Assembly: GCA_965224085.1 (NCBI GenBank) | Contig: CBDCYI010000009.1 | Location: 268,057 to 332,056, forward strand | Source of the DNA: Candidatus Marinacidobacterales bacterium | GTDB taxonomy: Bacteria > Acidobacteriota > Vicinamibacteria > Marinacidobacterales > SMYC01 | DNA length: 64,000 nt | Direction: 5' to 3' | Notes under the pieces: generated by a model | Databases searched by the model: none | What the model was told of the DNA's origin: nothing | What the model saw: only the letters and a program-made list of their open reading frames with translations | Program-made: the position numbers and the translations under genes | In this document: piece after piece, positions 9,958 to 18,951 of the stretch | Numbering within the stretch: the stretch's first letter is position 1 | Layout of the letters: every line of letters begins with the position of its first letter

Positions 9958-11121
9958 GTGGAACAAGCCACCTCTCTCATCTTGATTGCATCTGCAGCGT
10001 TTTTCCTGCCGCTCATCGCCGGACACCTTCGTACACCCGCCGTGGTCTTGGAGCTTCTGTTCGGTGTTCTCGTCGGACCATTCACAGGATGGATCGAATC
10101 TTCGGAGCTTTTGGATCTGCTCGGCCAACTCGGGCTGTTCCTGCTCATGTTTCTCGCGGGGTTCGAGATCGATTTCCGCGCCATCGAGCGTCAGGGACGA
10201 CGCCGGCTACTCGTCCTTCTCGCCGCCTTTATTGCAACCCTCGCGGTTGCCAACTGGTTCACGACGCGCGCCGGCTACAACGCGTTCATGACCCTCGTGC
10301 TCGCCACGACTTCCGTCGGCCTGGTCGTGCCGACGCTCAGAAGCACGCGGCGGACGACGACACCACTCGGCCAGTACATATTAATCTCCGCGATCATGGC
10401 CGACTTCCTTACGCTCGTGCTCGTCGCGCTGTTCGCGCTCGTCGAGCGGCACGGTGTGGGAATCGAGCTCCTGCAAATGCCCGCGCTCTTTATTGCCATC
10501 ATCATCGTCTTACGCACCCTGCGCCTTGCGGTCTGGTGGTACCCGGATCGTTTTCGCCGGCTCTTTTCCGCGGATGATCCCGAAGAGCTCGGCATGCGGG
10601 CGAGTCTCGCGCTGATGCTCGCCTTCGTCGGACTTTCGATGGCGCTCGAGGTCGAGCCGATCTTGGGAGCCTTTCTCGCAGGGAGCGTCTTCGCCATCGT
10701 TTTCCGGAGCCGCGGTGTGCTCGAACATCAGCTGAACGGGTTCTCCTATGGTTTTCTGATCCCGATTTTTTTCATCAATGTCGGCCTACGCTTCGAGCTC
10801 GATGTGATCCGCAATCCGGACGTGCTCGTCAAAGCGCTCGTCGTCATCGCTGCAGCCTTCGCGGTAAAGATTCTGCCGAGCCTCATTTTCTTCCTACGGG
10901 GGTTCACTGCGCGCGAGGTCCTCGCTGCTGGCGTGCTCCTATCCGCCCGGCTGAGCCTCATCATCGCCGTGGCCACCGTCGGCGTGGAGCTCGGACTTCT
11001 CTCGACGCAAGATCGCGCCATCGCCATCTTTCTGGCCGCGGTCACGGCAACCGTGTCCCCGACCCTCTTTCGAATCTTGGCGCCCCCGCTTCCAACCAAT
11101 GCACCTGAGGCGACGGCGTGA
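9958..11121 (+). CDS. Cation:proton antiporter (CPA family Na+/H+ or K+/H+ exchanger)
   Basis: 387 aa, about 12 TM helices, typical exchanger hydrophobic architecture (LLFGVLVGPF, LLMFLAGFEIDF). Confidence 0.65.
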   Translation: MEQATSLILIASAAFFLPLIAGHLRTPAVVLELLFGVLVGPFTGWIESSELLDLLGQLGLFLLMFLAGFEIDFRAIERQGRRRLLVLLAAFIATLAVANWFTTRAGYNAFMTLVLATTSVGLVVPTLRSTRRTTTPLGQYILISAIMADFLTLVLVALFALVERHGVGIELLQMPALFIAIIIVLRTLRLAVWWYPDRFRRLFSADDPEELGMRASLALMLAFVGLSMALEVEPILGAFLAGSVFAIVFRSRGVLEHQLNGFSYGFLIPIFFINVGLRFELDVIRNPDVLVKALVVIAAAFAVKILPSLIFFLRGFTAREVLAAGVLLSARLSLIIAVATVGVELGLLSTQDRAIAIFLAAVTATVSPTLFRILAPPLPTNAPEATA

Positions 11122-11175
11122 CAAGTGCGTTATTATCTGGCTACGATCGCCTCTCGGCAGATCGAAGGAGGCTCC

Positions 11176-12423
11176 ATGAACTCTCGCCGGTCCTTTCTCA
11201 AAGAAGTCGCCGCGTCTGCGGCCCTTTTGCCCATCGCTCTCGAATCCAGTGAGGCGTCGACGCTCGCGGAAACGTCCATCGACGGCGAAGCCTATTGGCA
11301 TCTCGTCCGAGCCCAGTTTTCGTTTAGCGAAAAAAAAGTCCCGATGAACGCCGCCAATTTGTGCCCGTCCCCGCGGGCGGTGGCGGAGCGCGTCTCGGAG
11401 CTGACCGCGGATATCGACCGCGATTGCTCGTCTAACAATCGAGGAAAATTCAACGGGCTTCGCGAGGAATCGCGGAAGAAGGTCGCGAAGCAGCTCGGGG
11501 TTTCCGCGGACGAGATCGCCCTCGTGCGCAATACGAGCGAGGCCAACAACACCATCAATAACGGCCTCTCCCTCGAAGAGGGCGACGAGGTCGTGCTCTG
11601 GGACCAAAACCACCCCACGAACAACGTCGCCTGGGACGTGCGGGCGGCGCGCTTCGGGCTTACCGTGAAACGCGTGTCGACACCGAAGCACCCGAAGAGC
11701 TCCCAAGAGCTCATCGACACCTTCATCAAGGCCCTCTCAGCCAACACAAAGGTTCTGTCGATTACGCATGTCTCGAACGTGAGCGGCATCCACCTTCCCG
11801 CTAAACAGATCGTCGAGGCGGCGCACGCCAAAGGCGTTTACGTTCATGTCGACGGCGCGCAAAGTTGGGGCGCACTCGATGTGAATCTGCGGGACATCGG
11901 TTGCGACTCCTATTCCGCTTCGGCGCATAAGTGGTTCATGGGTCCGAAAGAAGCGGGCCTGCTCTACGTCAAAGAGTCGAACATCCCGCGCATTTGGCCG
12001 AACGTGGTCGCGCCGGGCTGGGGCGACGACGTCGACCCCGACCCGACAGGCGCCCGCAAATTCGAATCGCTCGGCCAACGTGACGATGCGTGTCTCGCGG
12101 CCATCGGCACCACGGTGGATTTCCACAACGCCGTCGGCGCGGCTCAGGTCGAAGCACGCCTGATGGAGCTCGCCACGGCCCTCAAAACCGGGCTCGTCGA
12201 CGCGGGGCTCATGCTCGTGACCCCCGAGGATCCGAAACTTTCGGGCGGCGTCTGCATCCTCGAAGTCGACCGCGGCAAGAGCCGCGAAGTCAAGGACCGT
12301 CTGTATGACGAGCACGGGATCGCGGGTGCCCCGACCGGTGGGCTCCGTCTGTGCCCTCACGTCTACAACACGATGGAGCATGTCGAGCGTGCCGTTCAGG
12401 GCATGAAAGCCATTCTCGCCTGA
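11176..12423 (+). CDS. Class V aminotransferase-fold PLP-dependent enzyme with Tat signal peptide
   Basis: Twin-arginine motif MNSRRSFLKEVAASAALLPIA. PLP-fold motifs ITHVSNVSGI and SASAHKWFMGPKEAGLLYV (Lys-bearing HK motif). Start taken at the internal Met carrying the Tat signal. Confidence 0.7.
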   Translation: MNSRRSFLKEVAASAALLPIALESSEASTLAETSIDGEAYWHLVRAQFSFSEKKVPMNAANLCPSPRAVAERVSELTADIDRDCSSNNRGKFNGLREESRKKVAKQLGVSADEIALVRNTSEANNTINNGLSLEEGDEVVLWDQNHPTNNVAWDVRAARFGLTVKRVSTPKHPKSSQELIDTFIKALSANTKVLSITHVSNVSGIHLPAKQIVEAAHAKGVYVHVDGAQSWGALDVNLRDIGCDSYSASAHKWFMGPKEAGLLYVKESNIPRIWPNVVAPGWGDDVDPDPTGARKFESLGQRDDACLAAIGTTVDFHNAVGAAQVEARLMELATALKTGLVDAGLMLVTPEDPKLSGGVCILEVDRGKSREVKDRLYDEHGIAGAPTGGLRLCPHVYNTMEHVERAVQGMKAILA

Positions 12424-12426
12424 CGC

Positions 12427-13251
12427 TTGAAATCCCGGTCGATGCTGCTCACCCTGTTTCTTGCGGGCTCGCTTGCGAACGCCCCTAGTGTCGATGAAAT
12501 CCTCGAAAACGCGATCGAGGTTCAGCGCCTGCATGAAGAAGCCGGCAACGAGGTCAAATACGACTACGAGCTTCTGAGCGTCACCGAAAAACTCGACAAA
12601 AACGGGGACGTCAAAGTAGTCGAGGAGCATCTTTTCGAAAGCCGTCACATCGACAACGTTGCCTATGAACGCCTCGTCAAGAAGGACGGAAAGACGCTCA
12701 CACAAAAAGAGCTGAAGCGCGAGGCCAAGCGCGAGCGAGACTTTCGCAAGAAGCTCGCAAAAGGCGAAGCGCGGCACAACGATGCCGAACAACGCGTCGC
12801 TTTCGATGAGGAGCTCATCGTTCGCTACGACTTTGAGCTCGACGACGTCCGCGATGTCTCTGGTCGCAAGACCTACGTCTTGTCCTATAGGCCCAAGCCC
12901 GGAAAGCTCCCAGAGAAAAAGCGCATGGATCGCTTACTCAATAAAACCACGGGCTCTCTTTGGATCGACGCGGAGACGTTCCAGATCGCGCAGGTCGAGT
13001 TCGAGCTCACGGATCGCGTCAGGCTCTGGTGGGGCATGCTCGGATCGATCTCTAAGATGAAGGGAACCTTCATGCGCCATCCGGTGAGCGAGGGCATTTG
13101 GCTCCCCGAGCGCGCCAATTTCTACCTTCAGGGCCGCGTCTTGTTTCGCTCGTTGCACGTACGTGAGAAGGTCGTCTGGAGCGATTTCGAGAGGCGACGA
13201 CCCAAAGTCGCGGAGAACCCTTCGTCGAAGAACCCGGAGAGCCCAAGATGA
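12427..13251 (+). CDS. Hypothetical secreted protein (possible LolA-like/outer-membrane lipoprotein-sorting fold)
   Basis: Signal peptide MKSRSMLLTLFLAGSLANA; Lys/Glu-rich; no catalytic motif recognised. Confidence 0.35.
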   Translation: MKSRSMLLTLFLAGSLANAPSVDEILENAIEVQRLHEEAGNEVKYDYELLSVTEKLDKNGDVKVVEEHLFESRHIDNVAYERLVKKDGKTLTQKELKREAKRERDFRKKLAKGEARHNDAEQRVAFDEELIVRYDFELDDVRDVSGRKTYVLSYRPKPGKLPEKKRMDRLLNKTTGSLWIDAETFQIAQVEFELTDRVRLWWGMLGSISKMKGTFMRHPVSEGIWLPERANFYLQGRVLFRSLHVREKVVWSDFERRRPKVAENPSSKNPESPR

Positions 13252-13691
13252 TCCAAGTCGGTCAACTCGCCCCGCCCTTTGCAGTGCAAAACGATCTAGG
13301 CGAGACCGTGCGCCTGAGCGACTACAAGGGCAAGAACGTCATCCTCTGGTTCTACCCCAAGGCTGACACCCCTGGGTGAACGCGCGAAGGTTGCGGGTTC
13401 CGCGACAACAACCAGCAGTTCAACGACAGGAACGTCTATGTCCTCGGCGTTAGCTTCGATACGGTGGACGAGAACCGGGCGTTCGTGGAGAAGTTCAGTT
13501 TCAACTTTCCGCTTCTCTGCGATACGAACCGCGCGATCGGTTTGGCCTATGGAGCTTGCGACGACAAGAGCGCGTCTCATGCAAAGCGGGTCAGCTACTT
13601 GATCGGCGCGGATGGAAACGTGCGGAAGGCCTATCCACAAGTCGACGCTGGCGCCCATCCCGACGAGATTCTAGCGGACCTCGACGCGTAG
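13248..13691 (+). CDS. bcp: Bcp/PrxQ-type peroxiredoxin with in-frame TGA (candidate selenocysteine) at the peroxidatic position
   Basis: Single reading frame from ATG 13248 through TGA 13377-13379 to TAG 13689-13691. Translation: MIQVGQLAPPFAVQNDLGETVRLSDYKGKNVILWFYPKADTPG-[TGA]-TREGCGFRDN...; this matches the Bcp motif FYPKxxTPGCTxxxCxFRD with TGA exactly where the peroxidatic Cys codon sits, and the resolving Cys conserved 5 residues later. The ORF track only reports the 3' 75-aa piece. Confidence 0.65.
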
Positions 13692-13871
13692 GGCTCTTCT
13701 CCCCTTCTGTGGGCTTCGCCCCACTATGGGCGCCGAGGTGCACTCCTTAAGTGGCGTGTCCACCTGACGATAGCGCATTCACGCGGTCCGGTATCATCTT
13801 TGCATGACCCTCCCAAAAAGACCTGGCGCACTCCCCCTCCGTGCTCGTCGGTCTCACCTCGGAGGTTTTCC

Positions 13872-14351
13872 ATGGCCCGCACCCTCTGCGTCGCCCTATG
13901 TTCGATCCTCGCCGTCGCGGCTATCGCTCTCGCTGATGACACGGAGAATGAGAACCAGCGGCAGACCCGCCCGCTCGAGCCTAGCGAAAGCGACCTCGAG
14001 TCCTTCCGTCTGACTTCGCCCGAAAGCGACCTCATCATCGACGACGGGCACTCGGCGTTCTTTCGCGCGAGCGGTGTCGGGATGTTCGCCGCGTCCGCAG
14101 CCGATATCGCCACGACGGAGTGGGGGCTTTCGCAAGGTCTTCACGAGGCGAATCCCGCCGCGTCGCAGCGTGGCCTCCGCCTCGCGACCCACGTGGTGGG
14201 TCCCGCGGTCGTGTACTGGGCGAGCGATCGTCTCGCGCGCAAGGGAAGGCCGAAGCTCGCGCTAGGGCTACGGATCGGCTTGATGGTGGCTTATAGCTAC
14301 GCCGCTATACATAATGCGCGCCTCATTCAAGCAAGCCCGGGCATTCCGTAG
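13872..14351 (+). CDS. Hypothetical exported/membrane protein
   Basis: N-terminal signal MARTLCVALCSILAVAAIALA; acidic N-region, hydrophobic C-region; no recognised domain. Confidence 0.3.
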   Translation: MARTLCVALCSILAVAAIALADDTENENQRQTRPLEPSESDLESFRLTSPESDLIIDDGHSAFFRASGVGMFAASAADIATTEWGLSQGLHEANPAASQRGLRLATHVVGPAVVYWASDRLARKGRPKLALGLRIGLMVAYSYAAIHNARLIQASPGIP

Positions 14352-14359
14352 ACAATCCC

Positions 14360-16606
14360 TCAGAACTCTCCCACGACGGCAATCACAGCGTTGATACCCG
14401 GCGCAAGAACGGCGCGCATATCGGGGCTCACCGGATAGGTTGTATCGAAGAGGTTTTTGACCGTACCCCGCAGCTCCACGTTCGGCGAGAGGCGCCAACC
14501 CGCCCCGAGGTCCACCGTCGTGAAGCTCGGCGTCACCATCTCCGTCGGCCCGGGCCGCTCGTCACGCGCGAAGACGGCCACCCGCACTTGAGCATAGCCT
14601 CGGCTATTCGCAAGGTTACGACGGAGGTCGAATTTCACGTTTACACCGGGGATGTCATCGATGGGCGCGGCGTCATCACGGGTGTTTCCGTGAGACCAGT
14701 GGGTCGCCACTTCCAAGTTGTAACGCCCATCCAAAAACTCGGCCTGCACTTCGGCTTCGAGCCCGCGGATGTCAGCCTCACCCCGATTTCGGAAAAAAAA
14801 GAAATCACGCCGCTCCTCGAATCGCTCCACGAGATCCGAGAGGCGATAGAAATAGCCGAAGACGGCCCAGCGGACAGGTCCTCGACCGTAGCGAAGCGAT
14901 ACGTCGAATTGATTGGCATGTTCGGGTCCGAGGTCCGGGTTTCCCGTGATGAAGCCGCGCCCGGTGATGCCGCGAAAATATCGGTCCGAAAGCGTCGGGT
15001 CACGAAAGCCGCGCGCGAGCTGGCCCGTCAAGCTCAGTCCCCTCGCGAGCTCGACTTTGAGGGAACCGTAGCCAGAAAGCGCCGTGTTCTCAGTCGATTG
15101 GTCGTTGAAGAAGCCGCCTTCGTTCGCCGTGGTCACGCGGTCGACGCGCGCGCCGGCCCCGAGAGACCATCGGGAGCCGAACAGCATTTCGGTACTCGTA
15201 TAGACGGCGTTGTTCAAGCGGCGCGCGTTGTCGACCGCGACCTCTTCGACTTGCCGCACGATGTGGTCATGACGGTCGAACACGGTGAGCGAGCTCCGAG
15301 CTTCGAGCCCGTACCGGCCGTAGATGTCGACGCCTACCTCCCAGCGTGCGCGGCCGAGGGGCCGCACGGCAAAGCCGCGAAAGCTGAAATCCTTCGCGCT
15401 AACATCCGCGAGACTCTCGCTGTCAGGCTCCCCTGCACTCGCCATCATCAGGCGCTCCGTGACGAGCCGATAGTTTCCCCAGAATCCTTGAAACCCCAAC
15501 CGTGTGAACCCGGCTTTGGGATCGAGATCATAGGACATCGTCAATCGGTTCGAGCGCTCGTTGGGATAAGACGTTTGAAAAGCTTCGCCGCGCGAGTCCG
15601 GACGTCCCGTATCGCGGCCGAGATTGGTTTGCCATCCGATCGCGAAATCGCCGGGCCCGACACGATGCGCGAAACGGCCTAGAAAACCTTTATCGGTGGC
15701 TCGAGAATTGAAGACAGTCCCTTCAGGGCTTCGATATTCCTCGAAGTTGCGGTAGCGCGCCTGCACGACGAAACCCCCGTCGTCGAGGCCCTGCGTCAGC
15801 TCCACGCCGGCGGTCGCTTCGGGCAATCCGGCACCGAGCGCTCCGCGAATCCGAACGGTCGTTGGGGTGCCTGGCGCAACCCGCCGTGTGCGAGCATGGA
15901 TCACGCCGCCGAACGCATCTGAGCCATAGGCGACCGATCCCGGCCCGCGCGAGACCTCGACCCCTTCGAGGAAAAACGGGTCGATGAACGTTGCGCTCGG
16001 TCCCGCCCGCCGCTCGGTCGTGACGCGCGCACCGTCAAGAAGAAGGAGCGTCCGACCTCGCGCCAAGCCTCGGAGCGATGGGACCGAAGCGTGCAAGTCC
16101 GAGAGACTTCCCGCCCCCGGAACGTTCTGGATGACGTCGGTCAAGCGGGGCGAGTGCCGTTGTTGAATGGTCTCTTCGGGAATCGACGCCGTGGCACTCC
16201 CGGGAGGCGCTTCGATGTTTGGCGCGGCTCCGCCCGCCACCATGACCGATTCGGACACGAGCGGCTCGACGACGACGACGAGGGGCCCATCGGTAGGCAG
16301 AGCCTCGATGAAGACGGGCGACATGTACGATCCGGCTGGGAGCACGATAAGAACGTAAAACGGTGGAGACGGGTCTGGCGTCCACTCGAAACGCCCATCC
16401 CGATCGGTGCGGGCCACCCCGGTATGATCCAACAAAGATACAGAAGCGCCTATGATCGGCGTCCCGTCCGGATCCACAACACGCCCCTCGAGCGCAAAGC
16501 TCGGGCAAGCCGCCGCGAGAAAGAAAAAAAGGAGGGAGCGAAAAGGCATGAAAGTAAAGTGTAGCCCGTGGCGGTCGGTGCGGCAAGAAAAGCGCACGAG
16601 CCGCAC
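14360..16606 (-). CDS. TonB-dependent outer-membrane receptor with N-terminal carboxypeptidase-regulatory-like domain
   Basis: Signal peptide, CarbopepD_reg-like segment GRVVDPDGTPIIGASVSLLDHTGVARTDRDGRFEW, plug domain, long beta-barrel region, C-terminal aromatic residue (GEF). 748 aa. Confidence 0.8.
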   Translation of the reverse strand: MRLVRFSCRTDRHGLHFTFMPFRSLLFFFLAAACPSFALEGRVVDPDGTPIIGASVSLLDHTGVARTDRDGRFEWTPDPSPPFYVLIVLPAGSYMSPVFIEALPTDGPLVVVVEPLVSESVMVAGGAAPNIEAPPGSATASIPEETIQQRHSPRLTDVIQNVPGAGSLSDLHASVPSLRGLARGRTLLLLDGARVTTERRAGPSATFIDPFFLEGVEVSRGPGSVAYGSDAFGGVIHARTRRVAPGTPTTVRIRGALGAGLPEATAGVELTQGLDDGGFVVQARYRNFEEYRSPEGTVFNSRATDKGFLGRFAHRVGPGDFAIGWQTNLGRDTGRPDSRGEAFQTSYPNERSNRLTMSYDLDPKAGFTRLGFQGFWGNYRLVTERLMMASAGEPDSESLADVSAKDFSFRGFAVRPLGRARWEVGVDIYGRYGLEARSSLTVFDRHDHIVRQVEEVAVDNARRLNNAVYTSTEMLFGSRWSLGAGARVDRVTTANEGGFFNDQSTENTALSGYGSLKVELARGLSLTGQLARGFRDPTLSDRYFRGITGRGFITGNPDLGPEHANQFDVSLRYGRGPVRWAVFGYFYRLSDLVERFEERRDFFFFRNRGEADIRGLEAEVQAEFLDGRYNLEVATHWSHGNTRDDAAPIDDIPGVNVKFDLRRNLANSRGYAQVRVAVFARDERPGPTEMVTPSFTTVDLGAGWRLSPNVELRGTVKNLFDTTYPVSPDMRAVLAPGINAVIAVVGEF

Positions 16607-17018
16607 GTTTTTTTGCTCCTATGCCCTTGACAATGCAGGACAAATGCCGTTTGATCGAAGTGTCCGCTTCGCCGTTGCACTTGCTTGAACCGCACAGACA
16701 GGAGTGTAGATGCCGCGTAACGTGGCCGTCGAAGACTTGTTGAAAGAACTGAAGTCTTTCGCCGCTCGAAAGGTCTTTCGAATAGAAGAAGTCTACGCGT
16801 ACCTGACGGAAACTCCGTTGCTCCCAGCCGCGCTCGGCTATACTAAACACATCCACAAAGATGAGGACCCATTAGTTGCTGGAGTTCCCGCCGAGGGACC
16901 CTCATTTCGTGGCAATGAGGGAGAGCTTTGTTGGGTCCCACGCGGCGCGCCAGCCTAGCTTTTGACCCCATTTACAGGGAGCCCGTGACGATCGGCAGCT
17001 AAGGAGCGGAAGAAAACT

Positions 17019-17628
17019 TTGGTCGAAATCAATCACAGAGAACGCTTCTTACGCGCCAAGATCTTGTATTACGGTCCGGCCGCGGGGGGCAAGACGACCA
17101 CGCTCCAGACGCTCCACCGCCTCGCCCGGGGCAACTGCCGTCAAGAGCTCGTCTCGGTGAACACGGCTCAGGACCGAACGATCTTTCCCCACGCCAATCG
17201 TCGAGCTTCTCTCGCGCCTCGAGCAAGAGCTCGGGCCCGGCCTGACGGAACAGGGAATTCGCTTCATCGTCGAGATCAAGCCTGGCGTGCATCCCGTTTT
17301 TGCGGAGCCCTTTCTTCTGCGCGGGCTCGTCTATACGCTCATCGAGAACTCCCGGCGACGTCTCGCGGGCGCGGGCGGGGGCGTCATTCGCATCCTCGTC
17401 CAACCCGACACCCACGGCATCCGGATCTCGATCTTCGACAACCTCATCGCCGTCTCGAACGCGCTCTCCGCACCGGCACGATTCCTCGACTGGCCGCTCG
17501 AGCGACGCTTGACCGACGTGACCCACGAGCTCATGCAGAGCGTCGTGGAGTATTTTCAGGGCCGCTGGTCACAGGAAACGCGCGAGGCGGTGGGCACGGT
17601 ACGAACGATCATTCTCCCGACGCCTTAG
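17019..17628 (+). pseudogene. Chimeric remnant: MglA-like small GTPase N-terminus (frame 1) joined out of frame to a histidine-kinase HATPase-like C-terminus (frame 2)
   Basis: Frame of 17019: MVEINHRERFLRAKILYYGPAAGGKTTTLQ...VSVNTAQDRTIF aligns with the MglA N-terminus ([27 protein letters not shown]...ISLSTETDRTLF), then degenerates into Arg-rich low complexity. From about 17195 a different frame reads IVELLSRLEQELGPGLTEQGIRFIVEIKPGVHPVFAEPFLLRGLVYTLIENSRRRL..GGVIRILVQPDTHGIRISIFDN, which resembles the HK ATP-binding domain (N-box/G-box like). Confidence 0.4.
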
Positions 17629-18950
17629 ACGCTCGCCTCGTTTTCGTTCCAAGGCGCGACTTTAGGCAGCAGAAGCAGGCCCGGTATGGCGGTGACGGCG
17701 CAAAACACGAAGAAGAGCGACCATCCCAAGCCTGCGAAACCGAGACTTGGGACGCCATCGACCATGACACCTGTGATGACGCCCGTCAATAGTCTCGGAA
17801 GCGCCATAAGGCTCGTAAACAACGCAAGCTGCGTGGCGGTGAAGCGAAGGTTTGTTTCTCTCGCCTGGAAGGCCACCAAAGCCGAGGTCCCGAGCCCAAC
17901 ACCCAGATATTCGAAAGTCACCGCACCGACCAGAACCCAAATATTGTCCCCTTGCGTCGCGAGAAAAGCGAGCCCCAGAATCGAAAGCAACTGAACCACT
18001 CCGAACATCCAGATCGACTTGTTGATGCCGATGCGAAACATGATGAATCCGCCGGCAAAGATCCCCACGCCCGCCGAGGTGAGCGAGACTCCCTTGGACA
18101 CCAGCCCGATCTCCCACGGACCGAAACCCATGTCAACATAGAAAGGCGTGATGAGCGCGGTCGCGAGCGCGTCTCCAAATTTGTAGAGCAGCATGAACGC
18201 GAGCACATAGAGCGCCTTGTGAAGCCCACCACGGCGTTCAAACAAAAACTCCTTGAAGGGCAAGATAACGGCGTCGCGGAGGGTTTTGGGAGGCGAGCCG
18301 TGGATCTTGGGCTCTTTCACTGTGAGCGTCAATAGCAAGCCGGGTAACATGCAAAGAGCCGCGACGATATGCACCAAGCGCCAATCGATGTAGGCAGACA
18401 AGATGACCGGAAGGCTGAAAGAGGCCAAGCTAGCGTAGCGCCAAGCGTTGACGTGGAACGCGCTTCCGAGACCTAGCTCGTTATCGGGTAGGATCTCACG
18501 GCGATAGGCATCGATGGCAATGTCCTGAAGAGCGGCCCCGCAGACCACGAAAAAATACAAATACGCAATGCCCAAAATCTCTTGTTTGGGATTGAAGAAT
18601 CCCATCCCCGCAATCAGAAGCATGAGGGTGATTTGTGATCCGAGCATCCATGTCCGGCGTCTTCCGAAACTCGCAACGGCGTATCGATCCAGCAAGGGAG
18701 CCACCAGGAACTTCCAGGTGAACGGCAATTGGAGAACGGCGAGCGAGCCGATGCTGATCAAACTCACGTCGTTCGTACGCAGCCAATAAGGGATGAGCGA
18801 ATACACGTACCAGTAGGGCGCACCCGAGGAGAACCCGATGAATACGCATATGAGCATGCGTGGATTCCATACGGCCTTAAAGAGCGGGACCTTTGGCTCC
18901 TCGCCACCCCCGGTTCCGACATCTCGTGTTTCTGCAGTCGACCCGGTCAA
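17625..18950 (-). CDS. MFS transporter, AmpG/LplT-like subfamily
   Basis: 12-14 TM helices; conserved AmpG-family segment FSSGAPYWYVYSLIPYWL...PFTWKFLVAPLLDRY...GRRRTWMLGSQ. Confidence 0.65.
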   Translation of the reverse strand: MTGSTAETRDVGTGGGEEPKVPLFKAVWNPRMLICVFIGFSSGAPYWYVYSLIPYWLRTNDVSLISIGSLAVLQLPFTWKFLVAPLLDRYAVASFGRRRTWMLGSQITLMLLIAGMGFFNPKQEILGIAYLYFFVVCGAALQDIAIDAYRREILPDNELGLGSAFHVNAWRYASLASFSLPVILSAYIDWRLVHIVAALCMLPGLLLTLTVKEPKIHGSPPKTLRDAVILPFKEFLFERRGGLHKALYVLAFMLLYKFGDALATALITPFYVDMGFGPWEIGLVSKGVSLTSAGVGIFAGGFIMFRIGINKSIWMFGVVQLLSILGLAFLATQGDNIWVLVGAVTFEYLGVGLGTSALVAFQARETNLRFTATQLALFTSLMALPRLLTGVITGVMVDGVPSLGFAGLGWSLFFVFCAVTAIPGLLLLPKVAPWNENEASV

Positions 18951-18951
18951 G

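Noticed and set aside
11737-12792. 351-aa minus-strand ORF antisense to the class V aminotransferase
   Set aside because: No recognisable domain; it fully overlaps a plus-strand gene with conserved PLP-enzyme motifs. GC-rich antisense artefact.
14588-15682. 364-aa plus-strand ORF inside the TonB-dependent receptor gene
   Set aside because: Antisense to a gene with plug/barrel homology; Arg/Ala-rich with no motifs.
16710-16958. 82-aa ORF downstream of the TonB receptor promoter region as a real gene
   Set aside because: No homology signal or strong start context; left uncalled because of insufficient evidence (it might be a small regulatory protein).
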